Below, piece after piece: positions 56,651-64,000 of a stretch of 64,000 bases of DNA; position 1 is the stretch's first letter; each line of letters starts with the position of its first letter. The notes beneath the pieces are model-generated. The model saw nothing but the letters and a program-made list of their open reading frames with translations. It did not search any database and had not been told where the DNA came from. The position numbers were made by a program, and so were the translations under genes. Where the stretch lies: the NCBI RefSeq assembly GCF_024521635.1, contig NW_026250405.1, forward strand, positions 1 to 64,000, in the 5' to 3' direction. The stretch is from Tricharina praecox. Taxonomy: Eukaryota.

Positions 56651-58541
56651 ATGGCGTCGCTACTGTCTCGCTTCAGTGTCGTTCCCCAATTCCCAGCTTA
56701 TAAGGGCCCATACACGGTAGCCTCGTTCGAACTTGAAATCCCAGTGTCGTCGTTGCCCGCATCCCAGAGACCTCCGAACTACGCCGAGTCGATATCGACG
56801 GTGCAGTTCCGCGTATTTTATCCGACGGCGCAGAAGTTCAAGCCCCAGGCGCCCGAAAGTGCCCCGGCTGCCCGGGAAGCGGAAAAGCCGAAGGATGTAA
56901 CGAATGGGGATAAAGCAAAAGCAGGATGGTCGCACGGGTGGTTTCACCGACATTGCCACCATGAACCCCAACCCTCGAAATCCGTATATTGGCTGCCCGA
57001 ACCCCATCAGCGGGAATATCTCAGTGGCTATGCGCGGTTCATGGGTGCCGGCTCCGGGCTTGCCGAGCTGATATCGTAAGGCCCGGAAATCTTGTCTCCT
57101 GCCGAGGATATTCCGTTAACCTCCCGTCAGATATATTCCGCGGATTCTCCACCATATCGCTCTCCCCGCCATCTCTTTGGCTCCATTGATGCCGTCGAGT
57201 GCGGAATTTAGATTTCCGACCATGATATTTTCTCACGGTCTGGGCGGAACCCGATTGGCATACTCACACCTCTGTGGTTCTCTGGCGTCTCACGGCATGG
57301 TCGTGATCGCGCCAGAGCATCGCGACGGTAGTGCGCCAGTGACTTTCGTCAAGTCGGGATTGCAACCCAGCAGTGAAACCGAGTTGACGGGCACGCAGCC
57401 GAATACCGGGGAACCCGGGGTCAGCTCTGCTTCCGCGGCTAGTTCCGCCTCTCCATCTCGGGCCCAGGTCGACTTCGTCAACTATCCCCATAAGATCTCG
57501 GAGGAAACCGCAAATGGACGGAATAGGCAGCTCGAGATCCGCCTCTGGGAGCTCTCCATCGTCTATGCTGCGATCGCACAACTCGATCTCGGAAAGATAC
57601 CGTGTGGAACGGCCATGTTCGATGCGGATAATGTAACCCGCGACTCTACCCTCGCCGCGTTCAAGGATAAGCTAGATATCCGAAAGCCAGGCCGGCTGGT
57701 GTGGGCTGGCCACTCTTTCGGGTCATCGACGATGATCCAGATGATGAAGTCCGTCTACTACAGCAACAAGATCGACTTCGAAGACAAACCCCTCTTTGTA
57801 CCCGACGCTTCAGTTCCCCACAACGAACCCAGCGCCTTACCGCTCAGCGAGCAGATCACGGGCTCATCGCCGCTCATGCTGCTAGACATCTGGTGTCTCC
57901 CTCTCCTCAGCAAACGCACGAGATCCCTGTGGAAGCAGCCGCTGCCGCAGATCGGCTCCGGCAACCCTGGCAAGGTTCTCGTAGTGATGTCGGAGGAGTT
58001 CTTCATCTGGCGCGAGAATCTGCGCGGCGTACGCCGCATCCTCTCACTCGATCCTGGACGCCGCCGCGAAGGCAAGGAACACGAAGTGTTCGAACAGTTC
58101 TCGTCGCGGGTAGCCACCGAAAACGCAAAGCACGGAGAGACGGGATTCTATCCGGACAACGACCCTGCCACTCCCGCTGCCACCGAAACGTTGACTGTTG
58201 CTCCCACCAGCTCGAAGGAAAAGAGCGTGCGACTGTGCTACGTCAAGGAATCGGCGCACCTGAGTCAGAGCGACTTCGGAATACTGTTTCCAAGAGCAAT
58301 CAAGAAGGCGGTTGAGCCGGCCGCCATCCTGGATCTCAATGTCCGCGCGGCGTGTCAGTGGCTGCGCGAGAACGGGTTCGAGGGACAGATTGCGGGGTAC
58401 ACCGCTGCTGATGCTGCGGATGTGGATGGGACCGCGGAGAAGCTCGAGGAGATGCAGAGCAGTGCTCAAGGTGCTGGAGACCGGGAGATTGTTGGTGGCG
58501 ATTTTGGTCGCTGGGCTGCTATTCCCCTCGAGGATGATTGA
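56651..58541 (+). CDS. Platelet-activating factor acetylhydrolase-like alpha/beta hydrolase (PAF-AH II family), 611 aa, 2 exons
   Basis: FPAYKGPYTVASFELEIP, VQFRVFYP, FSHGLGG, HRDGSA, GHSFG nucleophile elbow, LDIW and HLSQSDF. Intron 57076-57130. Confidence 0.93.
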
Positions 58542-59314
58542 TGCGTAAGTATGTACGTGTGTGGGGCGTGTAGATTATGGTATGTATCGATGGGATCAGA
58601 CATTGCATTGCGGCGGAGTTTGTTGGGGCATATATTGGAAGTTTGTTTTCAGGTTTTGGATGTGTTAATACTTGAGATTTCTTTTTGGTGGTTTGGTTTG
58701 GATTGTTGATATTGTGTATTACATTACATTGGTCCTTGTAGTTTACACCTGTTTTTTGGTTTGTTGGTATTGTATTTGTATTTTACACTACATTTCTCCT
58801 CGTGGTTTACATACACCTGTTGGATAAGTTGATAGATGGGCGCATTTCCTTCTATGGGCGTGGAGTTTTGTACAGCCCGAGCCTAAACGATGTAATAAAT
58901 GGTTGTGAATGGGAAGGTGAGAGCTTAATAGGCTCGCCGTTTGGCTTGCCTCCGTGATGCCTGGGGGGGTCATTGGTCGTGCCCGGGTCCCGGTCCAGTC
59001 TTAGAACAGTCCGAAGTCGTACGTCGTGGAGTTCTGTGGAATATCATGATTCATCAATCAAAACTCGGGATTCTCGTGCGAGATTGTTTGTTTCCCATAA
59101 TGCATACGAGCTATCTAGGTCATGGCGAATTCTCGTGCGAGATGCATGTTGGAGAGAGAGAGATCATCACACATCAATCATCAATCTATTTCGCATACAG
59201 CCTTTCCAGACTACCGATATGGCGAACGCACTGCCCACAGACACAGAGCCCAGGTGGGCACTCTTGTTCGGCTTCGCTCCCCTCCTCCTCCTCCTCCTCC
59301 TCTGTAGCGGGGCA

Positions 59315-59617
59315 ATGGAGGAGCTGCCGGGGATGGAGAAGCCGTTGGAAAGAGGAGGAAGTGAGGGAGGACTCCTGTCGGCGGGAGCAACCGAATGTGG
59401 TTAGTAGCGGTGGGCATCAATGTTGGTGGGAGTCAACGTTGGTGGCCATGGCGGGGTTGAGCGGGGTCTTCTTCCTCTTCCTCTTCCTCTTCTCCCATGA
59501 TCACCATCTACAGAATAGACGGCCAACCACCGTCTCCTCTTTATCCTTGTGTCTTCTTCTTCTCTCGACCCGCCGTTTTCCGGCCTGAAGAGGCATTGGC
59601 AAAGAGCCCTCGCAAAA
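59315..59617 (-). repeat. Diverged repeat, copy B (inverted relative to 54739-54995)
   Basis: Anchors atggaggagctg, ggaggactcctgtcggcg, cgaatgtggtta and agaggcattggcaaagagccct. Confidence 0.85.
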
Positions 59618-59794
59618 CCTCCTCCTTAACCACGTCATTCGCGGGGACAATTCCGCCCAGTCTGTTGTCCTTACGTATTCCAGTGCGAAAAGATCCACCA
59701 TGCTACATCTCCGCTAGCATATTCTCGCCTTATTTCCTTCCCTCACTCGTGCCCCACAAGTGCTGATTGGTGTGCTTTACAATTACACCGCTGA

Positions 59795-60060
59795 CCTGGC
59801 GCAGTGCTTGCAGAGGTGCTCCCAAGTTCAGCTTTGTTCGAGAACGGTTGCACTGCACTGCTACCACCGGTCGTCGTCCCGTTGCTTAATGCACTTGAGG
59901 TGGGCACCGCCGGATTTCAGCTGGTAGCACCGGGACGCAATGTGTGCGTGGGGCCTTCGCTGGGGGACGGGGGACTTCTTCTTCGGCGGGCGCTTTGGTG
60001 ACGTACCAGTGGGCTTGGACCCTGGAAGCGGCCTCTTTCCGCTTATCGTCTGCACGTTTG
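59795..60060 (-). mobile_element. Degenerate non-LTR retrotransposon (LINE, Tad1-like) ORF2 C-terminal relic
   Basis: Minus strand reads HIASRCYQLKSG.AHLKCIKQRDDDRW*QC...S*TWEHLCKHC. This resembles the QL.SGH...C..C...T.EHL..C zinc-knuckle end of fungal LINE ORF2, with stops and deletions. Confidence 0.65.
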
Positions 60061-63000
60061 GCGCGATAAAACCTTTTTTTCTTCTCTTTTATTTTCTCGC
60101 GTGATGAGTGATGGTGTATGATGTTAACTGTGGCTCCAGGCATATCATGGCTACGTCTACAACGCAATCAACCATGGGTGTTTGGGTCCTCTCCGACGAA
60201 TATTTTATACCCATACGAGTTCGCGAAGCGTAAAAAAGCATCGGTTTACTGGGATACGTTTATTGCTGAACAGATCCCAGCCCCCCACCCACCTTGCGAC
60301 ACAGCCACACGGTCCACTGTGCCGACACGCCAGCAAGACGTATGGCTAGCGGTGTCGAGCGTTCTGATTGATCGACGGAAACGAGCTAGAATGGACGACA
60401 CACTATGAAGACCACCGGTACCCTCTTTGGACTGAGGATCGATCCAGATCTTAATCGTCTGCCCGTTGCGATTCTAGCCGGGGGGGCGGAGTCGTTTGTA
60501 CCTACTTCCTCGACGACTTTGCCCTTCATATTTGCAGCTCGTCCGAAGTACGGTACCCAATCGACCCACTTTGCGCACTCGGAAAACATCGTGGATAACA
60601 TGCAGCCAAAAATGAATGAGCACTGTCAGTGACCGGTCTCGATCCAAAGCACGATCTAGCACTCGTGCCATAATTCCTTCGCCGCTCCGCGCACTATTAT
60701 TGTTCCAGGACACTGCGAGTCTGCGACCAACCAAGTGCCAACACGGCCCCTGCGTATCCACTCATTCAAAGAACCATTTACGGTTGCCGGAGCGGCTGGG
60801 GGGTGGGTGCCTGGTGGCCGGGGAGAGTCGAGAAGCACAAGACGCCTTGTGACATTTCTGCAGCCAGGCGATCCGGGGTGCCAGCGGGATTTGGAATGCC
60901 GGGCGAGCGTGTGCAGGTTGGCCACGATACTCTATCGATGAACATCGAGCACGTGAAATGTTCACGGGCATGGCAGGGGGGTCGGAGTCACGGTCGAACA
61001 GTGATGGCACTCCCACGATCTTGCGGGGAAGTATGTCCGAGTTGAACGAGTGGGTGAGTGGTTTCTTCGACTTTGTGGCGGACAGTGCTGATTTTTTTGT
61101 GTCTTAGATGTAACTCGTCACGAAAAAGTCGTCCCAACATCGTGTTTTCGCCGTTCGAGATTGGCCCGTCCGAAGTCCCCTGCGCCAGGTAGACAGCGAT
61201 TGCAGCGGGGGACTGGACCAGGATCGATTCGCATATGATACAGTACTCGGGTATGACCCCCTCACTCGAAAGACGAGAGCTGATTGGAGCCTGGAATTCC
61301 CCGTTCAGCCCTCGGTCGGGCATTTATGTAGGAGCGCTCGCAGAAGAAGGCTGCACCTGCACTTGTGGAACCCGGGTGAGGGTAATGAATGGGAGTGGAA
61401 GGAATGGGACAGCACGCACGCTAACGGTAGGCAGACCAGTGATTGTTCGGTCGACGAGCTGCGCGGAGTACTTACTTATGGAATCACGATCTTCCACGCC
61501 CGCGCACCTATCCCCCCGTTATCAATACAGCATGCAAGTGAGAGGCTGAATAGTGCACACCGGGAAGGCCAGCAGTAACTCTGCCGTACATACTTCAGAC
61601 TCACTCGGTCACCGCCAGGCACGCAGGCAGCAGACTGCGGTGTCGCGTGCGCACCCTCATCGAGCTCATCCAACCATCCTGATTCCTTTCTTCCAACAAC
61701 GACAACAACTCACCTAGTGCATTGGCAAGACGTCTCAACCCGGCGGATGATCCTCGCATCTTATTGTCAGGGCTGTTCGCTGATGCGTCATAGGTAGCAA
61801 TCACAACCGTCACATGCTAGGTTAGGTTGGGTTTCGACGATATGAGCAATAACGAACTTGAGGATTTCAATTTTAATGCACTGTTGATCTCCCAGCCTTA
61901 GCTGTAGTACATCAGATGAACGGTCTGTGATTTCCTGGAATCGAGATTCGAGACAGCCGAAGCTGAGGATACTGATGCCTGGGCTGGGAAACCTGGGTAG
62001 GCTAGTCTTTGTAGGTAGGTACATACGGTATCAGCTGAAGTCCAGGGAGTCCAGGGGGGATATGACTGATTGCCCGCAATCATGCCTAGAGCACCCCTTT
62101 AACCCAGAAACCAACGATGTATACTACGAGCACAATCTCCGCGGCCCATGGTCAGTCCACGCGCTTATCCGCACCGAAAGTTCCAGAAGGGGCGGCAAAG
62201 CCGAGTGACATGTAATGATTTCGCAGGGCGCCAATCACAACCGCGCCGCGTACCAGGTAGAGTAGAGACCGTACCCCAGCGGAGTATCGACAATATTGCG
62301 TACATCGGCTACGCCACAAAACGGTTCCGCTCCGCCTCGCCTCACGTCGTGCCACTTCATGCGCAGCAACTTCAATCCATTGGTCCAGCGTCCCCCTCCT
62401 TGATTCCCCTCCCCACCCCCCCGCACCTGCACCGATTTTGAGGCTGTAGAATAATTTTCGTTCTCGAAGGAACTGAACTGTGCTGCGATCGACGGCCACC
62501 TACCAAGTTATGTACTAGCCCCCCCGCCCCCCCGGTCCCGCAAGACGCACTGGACGGTGAACGCCGTCCGCCCGTCACTTCCCGCGTCTTTGACGTGCAC
62601 GGAAGGAAGTCATGGAAGCAGCTCCGCAGCCTCCGCTGCTGCTCCCTGATCGCCGTGGACGATTCAAACCCCTCCACCCCTCCCCCCTCGAGGTACATAC
62701 ATCATACACAGCCCCCCACCGGCCCTCCTAAAAAAAGGATTGCGCACTCGCAAACGTATGTACGGGTTACGACGCATGCAACTCCGCCAACTCGACCAAG
62801 TCTTGGCCTGGATGCTGGAAGCTGGTACCGTGGAAGACCGACCTATAGTTGTGAATACCGATCGTGCTTGCCTCCTTCCCATGTATGATGTATGCACGGA
62901 GAGTAGTACCTACGAAAGCTAAAGCTAGTAGTATGCAGGTCCTCACCCAACGCCCTACCGTCCGTTCGGACGGACGCCGGGGCAACTGTTGAATGTTGAA

Positions 63001-64000
63001 ACCCTCCCTCCCTCCTAAAAAGAAACAAAAATAATTCTCCATTCGACGCCTACTTACTTCGGTATTGCGAATCGCAGTGAAGTGTGGACAAGTGAGATGT
63101 GACCGCCCCAGCGGATACGTGTAGAGTTCAGAGATGCCATACTTACCTACATATTCAGTGGCATAGACTGGGCATACCTACGGCAAACCTATGGGGCAGA
63201 CTATCGTGAAGAATATATCCACCCCTCCACCGCGAGGCTCGCCAATCAAGTACCGCCCCTCCACCCATCGACCTCAACTCCCCCTGCATCAGTCTGCATC
63301 AGTACCGTATGCAGCATGCAGCACCCTGGAGCTGTGGTGTGTATGTAAGTCGAGGCGTCCTATCCCAACCCAACGTAACCCATCCCAACCCATCCCATGG
63401 CCAAGGCCAACCCGGAGGTTATTTATGCACATTCACATGCTGCACGGAGGTATAAAACCGCCCCTGCACAGTAACGGGACAGGTTGTGGTGACGACACCT
63501 CGTACTGAATAGGATAGAATGGCCCGAGTGGAGTGGACTGGAGTGGAGTGCAGTGGATAGGATCGCTGGGCTTAAACGTGAAACGCGGCGGGGGGCGGGG
63601 CGGGGCGGGGCGGGGCGGGCGGTGCTGGAGCAGCAGTCGGAGCTTCAGGCAGCAGCTTCAAGCAGCAGCAGCGGCATAAGAGGAGGACGTCCGGTACTGG
63701 TATACAAGTCCCGTGAATCGATGACGAAGGGCTGAGGTTTCAGCACAGAATCACGGGCATGCACACCCACGCACACAGTAAGACACCAGTGACCACGACA
63801 CAACGACGACACAACGACACCACAGGTCCATAGGCAAAAAATCTAGATGAAGAACCGAAGATACCTGAAAATCGTATAGGTAGGAAGTAGGTAGAGTAGG
63901 TAGAGTAGGTATCATGAGTAGGGCGGACCAGCAAGGCCCAGTAAAACAAAAAAAAAAAACACAGAACACACAACCAAACCACGAACGCCAGACCTGAGAC

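Overview
Eukaryotic DNA from a filamentous ascomycete. Short 47-78 nt GT..CTRAC..YAG introns, a HET-domain gene and microsatellite-rich intergenic DNA point to Pezizomycotina; the finer taxon cannot be read from the sequence. Most entries in the ORF track are spurious, and the real genes had to be re-spliced by hand. Supported genes: UPF0303/YBR137W-like, a small secreted GPI-like protein, tRNA-Lys(CTT), a 513-aa hypothetical protein, a HET-domain protein, RPL19, an atypical CMGC-like kinase, a 1768-aa coiled-coil/PH (Mcp5/Num1-type PH) protein, a dienelactone hydrolase, a sterol O-acyltransferase, a PAF-acetylhydrolase-like lipase, and an 8-exon ~1586-aa gene (45629-50767, minus). That last gene fuses an IDO/PrnB-type heme domain, a P450-reductase/NOS-type FAD/NAD(P)H module lacking the FMN domain, a cytochrome b5 domain and an unknown helical domain. 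This putative self-sufficient heme oxygenase is the top candidate for an undescribed system. Mobile DNA: three unrelated MITE-like elements, a 5'-truncated chromovirus (Ty3/gypsy) integrase with PPT and LTR, a LINE 3' relic, and a diverged inverted-repeat pair bracketing the PAF-AH gene. All family calls come from motif recognition by eye; no database search was run.
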